Assembly (NCBI GenBank): GCA_041481535.1
Contig: JBGPBZ010000003.1
Span: 1-54,566, forward strand
Source: Dehalococcoidia bacterium
Lineage (GTDB): Bacteria > Chloroflexota > Dehalococcoidia > SM23-28-2 > RBG-16-64-32
DNA: 54,566 nucleotides
Direction: 5' to 3'
Below the pieces are notes generated by a model, which was given only the letters and a program-made list of their open reading frames with translations, was not told the origin of the DNA and did no database searches. Numbering within the stretch: the stretch's first letter is position 1; each line of letters starts with the position of its first letter. Shown here piece by piece: positions 1-10,331 of this stretch. Made by a program: the position numbers and the translations under genes.

Positions 1-1172
1 AACATGCCACCGACATGGGCGCTGTATCCGCATGCTTCGCCGATTGCCTTTTCGTGCGTCTCCCCTCGCGGCAATTTGACGTAGACCGTGACCTGTTCCC
101 AATCCATCTCGTGGGTATTTGCCCAGTCGTTATAGAAGTATACAAGCCAATACTGGATTGCGACGTATTCAGCCCACCGTTGTCTGCCGCGCACCAATCG
201 GACGTACGCGGTAGTCGGGTACGCCGCCCGTATCTCTTCAGATGATTGCTTTTGTTTCTTGTTCCCTTTGCCGCCAAGGGGCCGGGCCGTACCGGCGAGC
301 ACCTCCCGATAGAGCTTCCGATGCCCGTCTTTGTCTCCCGGGCCACCGGCGCCAACGAACACGAGGTATTGCTTGCGTTCGTCTTTGGCAATCTTCTCGT
401 CGTTCAGTTGCTTCAGCAGGTACTGCACATCATTTGCCTGATACATCTTGACGCGCTCGTATTGTCGTAGGAACCAGGGCCGGGCTCGATAGACGACAAC
501 CCAGCTAATGATGAACCCGACAGCGATGGCCTCAAGCCAACGATAATTGCCGGTCGACCAACCTAAGACATGAGTGATCGTGGCGATAATGCTAGCACCG
601 AGACTTGCGGACGCGGCAAGCAGCAACAAGCTTGTCGCGTACCACAGCATCCCAAGGACAAAGAAGGCCACACCGGCCGCAGTGCTTTGGCGAAACACAA
701 CTTGGAGCGCAAAGAAAGCCGAGACGCTGACAGGGTAAGCAAGGAGTGCTGCGGGGACCCCGTATAGGGCCATGAACGGAAAGATCCACGTGGCGATGGG
801 GTCTCGTGAAGAGGGACACCACACGACGAGTAAGAGCGCGATCATCAAGTTGACGCACAAGGTAAGCACAACGACATCGGCGACAATTATTGGTCCCGGA
901 AATTGTCGGCCGGCGCCGGAGAGTAAGCCCGCTATGCCTGAGCCTTCGTGGCTTGGTAACTTCAGGACACGAGTCAAGGCCAGCCGGATATCGCGTGGGT
1001 GATAGTCGGTTTGATCCGTCTTGTCCCCCGCATTCTTTATTTCGGGATACAACACAAGGACGGGCGCGAACCGCTCCGCCAGTTCCCGCCTCTCCTTAGC
1101 GTCGCCTTCGTACGGTTCGGACGTGCCGGTAACCACCGAGGACACGACCCCCTCTCGTGCCGCCCCTGTCAT
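1..1172 (-). CDS. Vps62-like domain membrane protein (partial, runs off window start)
   Basis: Not in the ORF track because it has no stop inside the window. Hand translation from ATG 1172 (TGATG overlap with the upstream gene) is open to base 1: LAERFAPVLVL...YVAIQYWLVYFYNDWANTHEMDWEQVTV, with about 5 hydrophobic segments in between. Confidence 0.7.
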   Translation of the reverse strand, partial: MTGAAREGVVSSVVTGTSEPYEGDAKERRELAERFAPVLVLYPEIKNAGDKTDQTDYHPRDIRLALTRVLKLPSHEGSGIAGLLSGAGRQFPGPIIVADVVVLTLCVNLMIALLLVVWCPSSRDPIATWIFPFMALYGVPAALLAYPVSVSAFFALQVVFRQSTAAGVAFFVLGMLWYATSLLLLAASASLGASIIATITHVLGWSTGNYRWLEAIAVGFIISWVVVYRARPWFLRQYERVKMYQANDVQYLLKQLNDEKIAKDERKQYLVFVGAGGPGDKDGHRKLYREVLAGTARPLGGKGNKKQKQSSEEIRAAYPTTAYVRLVRGRQRWAEYVAIQYWLVYFYNDWANTHEMDWEQVTVYVKLPRGETHEKAIGEACGYSAHVGGM

Positions 1173-1456
1173 CAGCTCGCCAGTACAGGGAACAAGCGCC
1201 TGTCGGGCGGACCGCTGACGTTCCCTGCGAGGTGCTGCTCCAGCCTGGGACTTATGACAGCAGAGGCGGAGTCGGCATGCTCCTGGCTGTCCCAGACGAC
1301 GCAGATCCCGCTTTCGCCGTCTTCTTCGCCGCCAAAGAACATAGCGCTCATGCACCCCGGCTGCTGCTTGATCGCCGGAATCAAGTCGTCCGCCATGGCC
1401 TGAGCGCCTGAGCGGCTTCCCTCCGAAAGGGCGAACCTGACAAGACGAAGATACAC
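1172..1456 (-). CDS. ABM (antibiotic biosynthesis monooxygenase)-like small protein
   Basis: 94 aa with pattern 'IPAIKQQPG...VVWDSQEHADS'; AGGAGG-like SD upstream; translationally coupled to the next gene. Confidence 0.65.
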   Translation of the reverse strand: MYLRLVRFALSEGSRSGAQAMADDLIPAIKQQPGCMSAMFFGGEEDGESGICVVWDSQEHADSASAVISPRLEQHLAGNVSGPPDRRLFPVLAS

Positions 1457-1649
1457 GTGATTACCTCCTCAACGTAACGGAGCGCAGTGTAGCACGTCCG
1501 CACAAGCCAGCTATTCGCTGTACCAGTCGAACGTCTTGCCTTTTGGTAAGCGGCGAACTACAGCAGCGGGGCCAAACGGCCCATGACTTTCGGGACTTCT
1601 GGCAGGATGTGACTCGCTGGCTCATGCCCGTACGCTGCCACTGATATCG

Positions 1650-2651
1650 ATGGTCTACACAATGTCTACTCCCTGGACAATGCAGGGACGGAACACCGCG
1701 ATCCAGAAAGCCGTTGCTGAGATATACGAGCGGTATTTCGCCAAGGGGCCGCGATGGGTCGCCAAGCACCTGCCGCAGAGAGCCGAGATGACCGAATACG
1801 GCTCGCGGGTGAGCGCCGAATCCCGGGAGATACTGCTGGGCGACTTTGGAGTCGAGTCTTTCATTGAAGACTACGCCGTCCTCGCGATTGGGGCGTCCGG
1901 TGATAACAGGAGTACCAGACAGATCTACACGCAGTGGGTTTACGACGAAAACCGCCACAGCAAAGCCCTCTGGTATTGCCTGAGCGACTCCGGACTGTAT
2001 TCGCACCGGGAGTTGGACGAATACGCGTACCAATGCGGGCGAGACGTCTGGACGTTTGAGAGGCAGACCGGCCACGAAGCCACTCCCGAGCGTGGCGCGG
2101 CCTACGCCATAGCACAAGAGCGGCAAACAAAGCGCAACTACCAGGAGATGCAGAAGCGCCTGTGGGGCGAATACGGCTCACCGGCGGACGCAAACGGCCG
2201 GCCCGAATACCCCGCCATCGCTGGCGTTTGCCAGACCCTCTCGATTGATGAGGGCTACCACGAGGGTGTCTTCCGCCATATCACACGCGCCTATCTCAAG
2301 TACTGGCCGGACAAAGCACTTCAGGCGATGTGGGACGTATATGAGCGATATCGCATGCCGATCGTGAAGCTTCCCAACGCTGAGGCCTTCATACACGCTG
2401 TGCTCTCGACCGGCATCGATTCGCCAAGAGCCGTCATCCGTGAAGTGCTCGCGCCCACGTACGCTGGCATGGGCTTTGAGAGTCGAGCCGCCGTGAAGCG
2501 CGCTGCCCGAGAAAGCTGGGACCTGCCTGACGGCGCCGTGATTCAGGTGGGCGACGAACCTCTTCCCGGGCTGTCCGAAGGAGCGGTTCCCTACAAAATG
2601 AATCCGGACGGATCACTCGTGATAATCGCCAGTGTCGCTAATCTTCCCTAG
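1650..2651 (+). CDS. Ferritin-like diiron protein, acyl-ACP desaturase-like
   Basis: Two ExxH motifs (WVYDENRH, IDEGYHE) plus an AQE motif at desaturase-like spacing. Confidence 0.7.
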   Translation: MVYTMSTPWTMQGRNTAIQKAVAEIYERYFAKGPRWVAKHLPQRAEMTEYGSRVSAESREILLGDFGVESFIEDYAVLAIGASGDNRSTRQIYTQWVYDENRHSKALWYCLSDSGLYSHRELDEYAYQCGRDVWTFERQTGHEATPERGAAYAIAQERQTKRNYQEMQKRLWGEYGSPADANGRPEYPAIAGVCQTLSIDEGYHEGVFRHITRAYLKYWPDKALQAMWDVYERYRMPIVKLPNAEAFIHAVLSTGIDSPRAVIREVLAPTYAGMGFESRAAVKRAARESWDLPDGAVIQVGDEPLPGLSEGAVPYKMNPDGSLVIIASVANLP

Positions 2652-2771
2652 TGTTGCCCAGGAACAAGCCGCAAAGCACGACACTTACAGGCCATCCGGC
2701 TCATGCGGCTCTGCCGTCCTCAGCGCACCATTCTCCATATAGCGCTGTCACACAGACGAAAGGAGGAGCGG

Positions 2772-2876
2772 ATGACACCTGATCGAGTACATCAAGCGGT
2801 CTACGACGCGATCACCGGATCCGGCGAGTTATGTGATGAAGGTCTCGGTGCCGAAGGGCTTCCGGGTGGGCAATAG
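2772..2876 (+). CDS. Putative 34-aa small protein
   Basis: Strong SD AAAGGAGGAG just before ATG 2772; MTPDRVHQAVYDAITGSGELCDEGLGAEGLPGGQ*. Confidence 0.35.
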   Translation: MTPDRVHQAVYDAITGSGELCDEGLGAEGLPGGQ

Positions 2877-2886
2877 AGTTTGAGGA

Positions 2887-3324
2887 ATGTCTGCATCCGA
2901 CTCTCTCGGCCGGCTACGACTGGTCGCCTTCATAGGTCCAGTCGCTTTCGTCGTGGCAGTAAGCGCCCTGGCTGAATTTGTCCTGGAGCTCGACCTCTCG
3001 GACGACGCGGCTCACTTCATCGCCACAGTCGTCGTGTGTGCGGGCGCACTCGTATTCACTGCCGCCATGTTCAACATGCTGGCCCAAAGCAACGTTCGGC
3101 TCCAACGGCTGGCCCGTCTGGAAGAGCGGCAGCGATTCGCCAAAGCACTCCACGATGAAGTGATCCAGTCCGTGTACGGCGCTCAACTCGGCCTCCAGGC
3201 ATCCATCGATGGAGCCGTGCCGTCTTCTCCAACGCTCGACCGAGACGTCAATCGGGCAATCGACACGCTCGACGAGGTAATAGCACGGGTTCGAGAGCAC
3301 ATCGTCGAAGAGGATCTCGCGTAG
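2887..3324 (+). CDS. Two-TM protein with HisKA_3 dimerisation domain, no HATPase domain
   Basis: 'LEERQRFAKALHDEVIQSVYG' H-box; the ORF ends before any N/G boxes. Confidence 0.65.
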   Translation: MSASDSLGRLRLVAFIGPVAFVVAVSALAEFVLELDLSDDAAHFIATVVVCAGALVFTAAMFNMLAQSNVRLQRLARLEERQRFAKALHDEVIQSVYGAQLGLQASIDGAVPSSPTLDRDVNRAIDTLDEVIARVREHIVEEDLA

Positions 3325-3487
3325 AAAGAAGGGCGAGAAGTAGTCACTAAGCCTGCTTAGTGCGGCCGTCACCGGAAGCGGGGACTCCCAGATTAAAGAG
3401 CCTCAGCGATCTTGACGGACGATGCGCACGCCGTCCGACGTCTTGCAGAACCGAATCTCTTGTTCCATGGCTATTCCCTCCTCGAGT

Positions 3488-6400
3488 TCAACTGCCCCAC
3501 TCCACTGCCCAGATTTCGTGCTCCCCCGAAAGCCCCTTCAACTCAACCGTTCGCTTATCACCCCACGACACATCCGACCCCGACAGCAGCGCCTTCAACA
3601 CGCCCGATGCCAGTATCTCGCCGCCGTTTGCCTGCGAGGCGACGCGCGCGGCCATGATCACGTTGCGGCCGAAGAAGTCTTCGCCTTCCTTGATCACCTC
3701 GCCGGCGTGCAGGCCCATGCGCACTCGCACCGGCTCAGCCGCACTCTCGTTCCGCACAAGCAGCGCCTTCTGGATTGCCGACGCGCAGGCCAGCGCCTTC
3801 CCGGCCGACTGGAACGCCACCATGAACCCGTCGCCCTCGCTCTTCACCTCGAAGCCGCCGTGGGCCTTGATCTGGTCGCGGATGATTGCGTTGTGTTCGC
3901 GCAGGACCTCCATGAACCGCTTGTCGCCGAGGCGGTCGGCCATCGCGGTTGAGCCTTCGATGTCGCTGAACATGATCGTGACGGTGCCGTCGGGCGCGGT
4001 GTGCGTGCGCAGGTCCGGGTGCTCGCTCTGGACGGCCTTCGCGACCTGGTCGATCGAACTGTAGATATCCGTGATCGTGCTGATGCCCTGGTCTTCCAGC
4101 TTGAGCGCCAGGATGCGTTCCACCAGCGGCTTCATGCCGAGCGCCTGTGCTTCGGCGAGCGATTCGTCGATGAGCGTGCGGGCGCGCTCGGCGTCACCGG
4201 CTGCGCCGCGCTTCAGGCGGAGGCGGGCACAGTCGCAGGCCGCTTCGGCGCGCGCCGGTCTGTACGCCGATGGGAGCCAGGCGAGAGCAGCCTCGACGGC
4301 GTCGATGGCCTCGTCGGGGCGGTCGAGGGTTTCGAGGAGGAGGCCGCGGAGGTGATCTGTCTGGGGCACGCCCGCCACGGCGTAGGTGTCCTGCGCCTCG
4401 AATACCCGGAGTAGTTGAGCCGCCGCTTTTTCGTCCTTCGTGAAGTGGGCAACCAGTGCACTGCCCACGTCCGCCTGCAGCTTGAGCAGCGCCGATCCGG
4501 GGACCGGTGATGCGACCACCGCCTGCGCCGCCCGCTTCTGCAGAGTCACGTCGGACTCGCCTCCGGTGAGCCGCGCGGCGATGCCCGCGATCATGGCCAG
4601 CTGGGAATATGCGACCGAAGGCCCAGGCGGAGTGCCTAGTGTCTGTTCGGAGAGCCGCTGCTGATAGCCGCGCGCGACCTCTGTCTGGCCGCGTAGGTAG
4701 AAAACGGTGGCGGCCTGCGCGAGGAGTCGCTCATCGGGGCGGCCGGCTTGCAGGCCCCACTCAATCGTATCCAGCGCCTCGTCCCACTCGCCGCGCGTGA
4801 TCGCAATTTGGGCCTGGGCGTTGGCGCCGCTGGCCATGCCGTAGGGAGACCGCGTGCGCTCCACCAGGGCGCGGCAGGCGTCGGCGTGGCGCTTCGCCTC
4901 GTCCAGGCGCCTGTACCAGAACTGGCCGGCGTTGAAGAAGTGCGCTATCCCTTCGGCAGTCGGCTCACCGAGTTCCTGCGCCAGGGCTATGACCCGATTT
5001 CCCATCACCACAGCCTCCTCAAGCCTGAGCTGGAAACCGACTACATACTGCCGGGAGCGCAGGACGTCGAACTCCAGGCGCTTTGATCCGAGGACGCGCG
5101 CGACCTCCTCGGCGCTCGCATAGGCGGCATCTGACGGCTCAAGTTGCCCCATCATCCCTAGCGACATGCCGAGCGCGGCGTATAGTCTCCCGGACTGCTC
5201 CGTCCCCTCTGGAACAAGTGTGAGCGCGTCCTCGACCAACTGGGCCTGCGAACGGCGGATGAGAAGCAGGCTGTGACCAACCTCGTTTGCTACCTCGAAG
5301 GCGCGAGGTAGGTTCCCGGTCTCTCTGTAATACCGGTACGCCTGGCTAAGGCTTCGCCAGGCCTCCCTGACGTCGGCGTTGTTTGACGCGGCGGTACCCA
5401 GGTTCATCAGCACATCTGCCATCTCGTCGTCCATCTGCTGGCCTTCGCGGGCGGCGAGGGCGGCGCGGAAGTGGCGAGCAGCTTCCGGGAACGCGGACTG
5501 GGCGAGCGCCTGACGACCGGCGATTGCGGAGTAACGCGCGGCTTTCTCGGAGAAGCGCGGGGATAGTGTCGCCGCCTCGCTAAAGTGCATCGCGAGCCGG
5601 CCGGCGCGTTCTTCGGCGCGGGCTCCGTAGCGCTTCTCCAATGCCTCACCGACCTGGCCGTGCAGGCGCACGCGGCGGGTTGTGGAGAGCTCGGCGAGGA
5701 GTGTCTCCTGCATCTGGGCGTGCGTGAAACGGTATCGCCCCGCCGTCTCGGTCTCTTCGATCACGCGTGCGTCCAGCGCTTCTTCGATGAGCTTGAGGAG
5801 CTCGTCCTCATCGCGGTCGCCGAGCAGGGTTAGCGTGTCGTAAGTGAAGTCGCGCCCGATGATAGCCGCGACCTGGAGCAGCTCGTTCGTTTCCTCGCGC
5901 AGGCGGTTGAGGCGGCGGCCCAGAGCCTCACGGACGCCGTCGGGGATCGCGATATCGGAGACGGATTCCTTAGTGAGAGTGCCCTCTTGCGCCATCAGGT
6001 TCACAACCTCGCTCAGGAAGAAGGCGTTCCCCTCGGTCTCTTCGAAGATCTTGTCCAGCACCTCGGGCCGCGGCTCAACGTTGGCTCGCGCCCTGATGTA
6101 CGCGCCGACCTCGTCCCGTGTGAGGCCGCGCAGCAGGATCCGCTCGAAACCGGTCTCACGGTTCAGCGTGGCGAGCGTCTCAGAAAGCGCGCTCTGGCGG
6201 TTGATGTCAGTGTCGCGGTAATTGCCGATAATGAGCACGGGCATGCGGGACAGCTCTCGCGCGATGTGCTGCAGCATCATAAGCGTCGGCTTATCGGCCC
6301 AGTGCAGGTCGTCGAGAGCGATCACAAGCGGGGCGTTCATCGCGATTGCCCGGATGTAGGACGCGTAGGCGTCGAACAGGCGGAATTGGGAAACCTCCGG

Positions 6401-7840
6401 GTCGGATTGGGGCTCTGGCTCCCCCATGTTTGGTTGACCGCGGAGCCACGGAAAGATGCGGGTCAGTTCGTTTGCCGCGCCCGGCGGCATGTTTACGCCG
6501 ACGACCTCGGCCAGCTCATCAGCATGCGCGAGGGCGTACTGCTCGCCGGCCTGAAGCCACGGCCAGTAGGGGGGTGCGCCCGCCGCCTCGTGAGTGCGGC
6601 CCCAAAGCACCTGGGCCCCGCGCATCCGCGCGTATGTCTCCAGTTCCTGCGTCGTGCGGGTCTTGCCGATACCCGGTTCGCCGACAAGCATCACGAGTCC
6701 ACCGTGACCTGCGACGGCGCTATCGAAAGCTTTGCGTAGCCGCGCCAGCTCTTGCTCGCGTCCGACGAAGACACCAAGGGCCAGCCGGTCCAGGACGTTT
6801 GATTCGGAGTGCGAAGCCGCCTTCTGCCCCGGATCGACGTTTTCGAGGGCGTCGAGTACATCGCTCGCGCTGGCGAACCGGTCCTCCGGCTTCTTTTCCA
6901 GAAGGCGGAGCACTATCTCTTCCAACGCCTGTGGGCAGGACTCGGTGTGCCACGAGGGAGCCACGGGCCGGGTATTGATGTGCTGGCTGATCACTGCCGT
7001 CGCGTTGTCGCTCACGAACGGAGGGCGGCCGGTGACCATCTCGTAGAGCATGCAACCAAGGGAGTACAGATCCGCCCGCGGGGTGATCTCATTTCCGAGC
7101 GCCTGTTCGGGCGGCATGTAAGCAACGGTGCCAACGAGCATGCCCTGCATGGTGAGACGCGATTGCTCAAGTGCAACCGCCAACCCGAAGTCCCCGATCT
7201 TGGCCGTGCCGTCCCCGGCGAGCCAGACGTTGCCGGGTTTGAGGTCACGGTGGATGACGTTGTGAGTATGGGCGTGAGCCAGCCCGCGGCAGACACCCTT
7301 TGCGATATCGAGAGTTCGCTCCGCGGGCAGTGGCAGTCCAAGGCCGTCAACAGCGCCACCGGACATGTACTGCGAGACGATATACGGTTGTCCCGCATCG
7401 TCGCCAACGTCATGGATCGTCACGATGTTGGGGTGGTCGCCCAGGCGCCCCATCGCCTGCGCTTCGCGCTGCACTCGCGAAAGTCCGGCTTCGTCCAGTC
7501 CTTCCGTCTTGATGATGGCGACTGCCACGTCTCGGTCCAGCTTGGTGTCGTGCGCCAGGTAGACCTTCTTGCGTCCGCCCTCGCCGAGGAAGCCCTTGAC
7601 GACGTAGCGGCCGCCGGCGAAGGAGGCCGGAAGCGCGGGCGCTGGCGCATGCGTGTGGCCCGCCGCCGCGCCAGATGTGGTTGCAATCAGCGGCTGAGCG
7701 CACTCATTGCAGAACTTGCTGCCGGGGACGTTAGACGCTCCACAAGCCGTGCACTTCGCCTCCCGCAGAAGCGGTGACGCGCATTCACTGCAGAATTTGG
7801 CCGCTTCTGGATTCTCGTGAGCGCACGCCGGGCAATTCAA
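3488..7840 (-). CDS. Zinc-ribbon + Ser/Thr kinase + STAND AAA ATPase + TPR-like + class III nucleotide cyclase
   Basis: CxxC x4; HRDLKPGN, DFG, YMPPE; Walker A GEPGIGKT and Walker B ALDDLHWAD; FSDIEGST and KSEGDGF. Confidence 0.92.
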   Translation of the reverse strand: MNCPACAHENPEAAKFCSECASPLLREAKCTACGASNVPGSKFCNECAQPLIATTSGAAAGHTHAPAPALPASFAGGRYVVKGFLGEGGRKKVYLAHDTKLDRDVAVAIIKTEGLDEAGLSRVQREAQAMGRLGDHPNIVTIHDVGDDAGQPYIVSQYMSGGAVDGLGLPLPAERTLDIAKGVCRGLAHAHTHNVIHRDLKPGNVWLAGDGTAKIGDFGLAVALEQSRLTMQGMLVGTVAYMPPEQALGNEITPRADLYSLGCMLYEMVTGRPPFVSDNATAVISQHINTRPVAPSWHTESCPQALEEIVLRLLEKKPEDRFASASDVLDALENVDPGQKAASHSESNVLDRLALGVFVGREQELARLRKAFDSAVAGHGGLVMLVGEPGIGKTRTTQELETYARMRGAQVLWGRTHEAAGAPPYWPWLQAGEQYALAHADELAEVVGVNMPPGAANELTRIFPWLRGQPNMGEPEPQSDPEVSQFRLFDAYASYIRAIAMNAPLVIALDDLHWADKPTLMMLQHIARELSRMPVLIIGNYRDTDINRQSALSETLATLNRETGFERILLRGLTRDEVGAYIRARANVEPRPEVLDKIFEETEGNAFFLSEVVNLMAQEGTLTKESVSDIAIPDGVREALGRRLNRLREETNELLQVAAIIGRDFTYDTLTLLGDRDEDELLKLIEEALDARVIEETETAGRYRFTHAQMQETLLAELSTTRRVRLHGQVGEALEKRYGARAEERAGRLAMHFSEAATLSPRFSEKAARYSAIAGRQALAQSAFPEAARHFRAALAAREGQQMDDEMADVLMNLGTAASNNADVREAWRSLSQAYRYYRETGNLPRAFEVANEVGHSLLLIRRSQAQLVEDALTLVPEGTEQSGRLYAALGMSLGMMGQLEPSDAAYASAEEVARVLGSKRLEFDVLRSRQYVVGFQLRLEEAVVMGNRVIALAQELGEPTAEGIAHFFNAGQFWYRRLDEAKRHADACRALVERTRSPYGMASGANAQAQIAITRGEWDEALDTIEWGLQAGRPDERLLAQAATVFYLRGQTEVARGYQQRLSEQTLGTPPGPSVAYSQLAMIAGIAARLTGGESDVTLQKRAAQAVVASPVPGSALLKLQADVGSALVAHFTKDEKAAAQLLRVFEAQDTYAVAGVPQTDHLRGLLLETLDRPDEAIDAVEAALAWLPSAYRPARAEAACDCARLRLKRGAAGDAERARTLIDESLAEAQALGMKPLVERILALKLEDQGISTITDIYSSIDQVAKAVQSEHPDLRTHTAPDGTVTIMFSDIEGSTAMADRLGDKRFMEVLREHNAIIRDQIKAHGGFEVKSEGDGFMVAFQSAGKALACASAIQKALLVRNESAAEPVRVRMGLHAGEVIKEGEDFFGRNVIMAARVASQANGGEILASGVLKALLSGSDVSWGDKRTVELKGLSGEHEIWAVEWGS

Positions 7841-8089
7841 ACAAATCTCCCTGTTTTCCTCGCGAATTAGCCCTAATAGTCATGTACGGGGCGTTCCTCT
7901 GTCAAAGCGATAAGCCTAAGGGACTACGTAGATCACGGAGCCGCCCGGCGCGCCAAACGATGCCGGCGCGCTGCCTACGGGGGACTCCCCGTCAAGCCTC
8001 CGCCAACAGCCGTTTGCAGTCCGCCTGCGAACACCACCCTTCGGCGGCCCGCGGGTCGAGAAACCGTATCCTCCGGAGGCGAACACGTC

Positions 8090-8152
8090 TGGAGCGGGAG
8101 ACGGGGCTCGCCTGCCCGGCGCGGCGGAAACCCGCGACCCTCCGCTTTGGAA
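8090..8152 (-). repeat. Degenerate copy of tRNA-Gly 3' half (att-like) with 18-nt insert in the T-loop
   Basis: tggagcgggagacggggctcg[cctgcccggcgcggcgga]aacccgcgaccctc matches the tRNA at 16208. Confidence 0.85.
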
Positions 8153-8210
8153 AAATTAGGTTTCGCGATTCGTATCTAGCGAAGCCCAATTTCCACGATT
8201 TCTGAGTGAT

Positions 8211-8245
8211 TTGGCCCTCTGTCTCCCAAGACAGAGGGCCAAAAA
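8211..8245. terminator. Strong hairpin downstream of the LPXTG protein gene
   Basis: ttggccctctgtct-ccca-agacagagggccaa, a 14-bp stem. Confidence 0.55.
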
Positions 8246-8276
8246 CTCCAGGCGATTATACGGCGTTACGCCAAAC

Positions 8277-10331
8277 TTACGGAGATCGACGCGCTCCCTT
8301 GCGCGCAGCGCGGGTAGCCAGAACGCCTCCGCTCGCGGCAAGCGTCAGGCCGCCACCCATGATCAACAGAAGCAGCCAGGCGCTCATACCGCTGTGTCCG
8401 CTGCTGCCACCTGTGTGCGGCAGGCTGCCCGGAGTCGGGGACGGCGTGGAGGTCCCTTCGGCCACGGTTTCCCCGACGGCGTGACTCTTCGTTGTCGCCT
8501 CCGTCAGGGTCATTACGTTCCCGGACACCGATTCGATCGTCACGTTTTCAGCGCTCGGGCCGGAACCGACCTGCACTACGTCGCCCGCGCTGCATCCAGC
8601 CGAGCTGACGACAGTGATCGTTGTCTCTCCGATGGTCGCGTCGGCCGTCAGTATCGTCTCGCAGGATGTGCTTGATGCCGGCGACGGCGTGGCAGTCGGC
8701 GCCTGTGGTGGTGGCTCAGTCGGCTCCGGGGTCGCGGTCGGCGCCTCCGCCGGCGTCGCAGTCGGCACAGCGGTCGGAGGTTCCGTCGGCGCTGCGGTCG
8801 GCGAGGCGGTAGGCGCTGCAGTCGGCGCCTGTGTTGGTGAAGCAGTCGGTGCTGCGGTCGGAGGTTCCGTCGGCGCCGCTGTCCGCGAGGCGGTGGGAGC
8901 TTCGGTTGGAGCTGCTGTCGGGGCGGCTGTTGGAGCTTCCGTTGGTGTCGCCGTTGGCGCTTCTGTTGGCGCCGAGGTGGCAGTCGGAGACTCTGTCGGA
9001 GCCGGGGTCGGCGTGTCCGATGGAGCTTCTGTCGGCGTTGCCGTCGGCGTCTCTGTCGGTGCCTCCGTCGGCGTTGCCGTTGGTGTTTCCGTCGGAGCTT
9101 CCGTTGGCGTGTCCGTTGGCGTGTCCGTTGGCGTGTCCGTTGGCGTGTCCGTTACGCACTCCCAGGACTTGCTGGCAGACGCCTGCTGCGTTCCGCTGGT
9201 ATCGGGATCAACAAAGCTGGCCAGGATGGTGTCGTCACCGCACCCGTTGTCGTCGTGGTAAGTGAAAGTCACCTCGCCGTTGGCGTCCGTCGTGCAGTCC
9301 GCCGGTACGCACGTTCCCGTTGCGCCGTTGTTCTGGCCTGTCACTGTGAAGGAGACTAGTTGTCCGACGACCGGGTCGCCGCCGTTGTTGGTAACGGTGG
9401 CCGTGACGGTGTGGTCAGTCCCCGCCGGGTTAGTCGCAGACGGCGGGTCCACCGAGATGTTTGGCGCGGTCACCACGGTTCCGGCGCCGGACAGCACGAC
9501 GTACGCTTCGCCGCAGGCCGGCTGGAGTGTGTCGTGATCGGTGCCGCAGATTGGCAAGGTCGGCGTGTCCGTGGCGACGGCCAGCGCGCTCCAGTCGCTG
9601 CGGAACGTCGGGAACGTCTCGTGGACGGAGCAGCTCCAACCCTGCAGGTCGGCGCTTTGGAGGTCGTCGGTGTAAGGGTTGGAAGCGATCAAGGCAACGC
9701 TGCCGCCGCACGGCGGTTCAGTGTTTAGGGTCCAGGAGCCTGTGCCGACGCTCAACATATCCAGCGTGGCCAGCCCGTCGCCGTTGTCACCACAACTCAT
9801 CTCGAAGTACACGCCCGTCCGTCCAGACAAAGCACCGGCGAAGGCGATGCCGCCCGCGATCAGTGTGTCCGCACCCGGATTGGACGTACGATGATAAATT
9901 GGGTCCGTGCCGATCAGGATTCGGTTGCCCTGCAGCGTGTTGCCGCCAGCTGTACCCATCACGACAGGCGCCCATGTCCCAGCGCTTGCGGTGACAGACG
10001 CCGCCAGGATGCCACACTCAGGGTCTCCGATGATCAGCACCTGATAGGCGGCGAACTGTTCGGCGGTCATAGCGCCCCACTGGGCGCCGGTGACCTCGGT
10101 GACGGTAAAGCCGTCCGCTATGGCCAGTTGCGCCTCAATGGACGTCAGGCCCGCTCCGCTCACGGTATCCAGGTTGAGGAGCGCCGTGCACGTACCAACG
10201 CACGCCGGAGGAGCGGCCTCGACGGTTGACGTGTGGTTCGGCCAGAGCGCCCAGATTGCGGCCAGCGCTGAAACGAGCACCAGCCCTAACAGTAGTGGCC
10301 TGTACGTTCGATTCGCGTATACGATTTTCAT
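8277..10331 (-). CDS. Secreted surface protein with Ig-like (Big-1) domain, Pro/Thr repeats and LPXTG sorting signal
   Basis: Signal peptide; 'HTVTATVT...TTDANGEVTFTY'; PT(E/A) repeats; LPHTG + TM + RAARKGARR tail. Confidence 0.85.
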   Translation of the reverse strand: MKIVYANRTYRPLLLGLVLVSALAAIWALWPNHTSTVEAAPPACVGTCTALLNLDTVSGAGLTSIEAQLAIADGFTVTEVTGAQWGAMTAEQFAAYQVLIIGDPECGILAASVTASAGTWAPVVMGTAGGNTLQGNRILIGTDPIYHRTSNPGADTLIAGGIAFAGALSGRTGVYFEMSCGDNGDGLATLDMLSVGTGSWTLNTEPPCGGSVALIASNPYTDDLQSADLQGWSCSVHETFPTFRSDWSALAVATDTPTLPICGTDHDTLQPACGEAYVVLSGAGTVVTAPNISVDPPSATNPAGTDHTVTATVTNNGGDPVVGQLVSFTVTGQNNGATGTCVPADCTTDANGEVTFTYHDDNGCGDDTILASFVDPDTSGTQQASASKSWECVTDTPTDTPTDTPTDTPTEAPTETPTATPTEAPTETPTATPTEAPSDTPTPAPTESPTATSAPTEAPTATPTEAPTAAPTAAPTEAPTASRTAAPTEPPTAAPTASPTQAPTAAPTASPTAAPTEPPTAVPTATPAEAPTATPEPTEPPPQAPTATPSPASSTSCETILTADATIGETTITVVSSAGCSAGDVVQVGSGPSAENVTIESVSGNVMTLTEATTKSHAVGETVAEGTSTPSPTPGSLPHTGGSSGHSGMSAWLLLLIMGGGLTLAASGGVLATRAARKGARRSP
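8690..9150 (-). repeat. Coding tandem repeats (12-nt and multiples; PTDT/PTEA/PTAA linker)
   Basis: For example gtgtccgttggc x3 at ~9109-9150; encodes the Pro/Thr stalk. Confidence 0.85.

Noticed and set aside
8690-9150. CRISPR or non-coding repeat array
   Set aside because: These are in-frame Pro/Thr linker repeats of the LPXTG protein.
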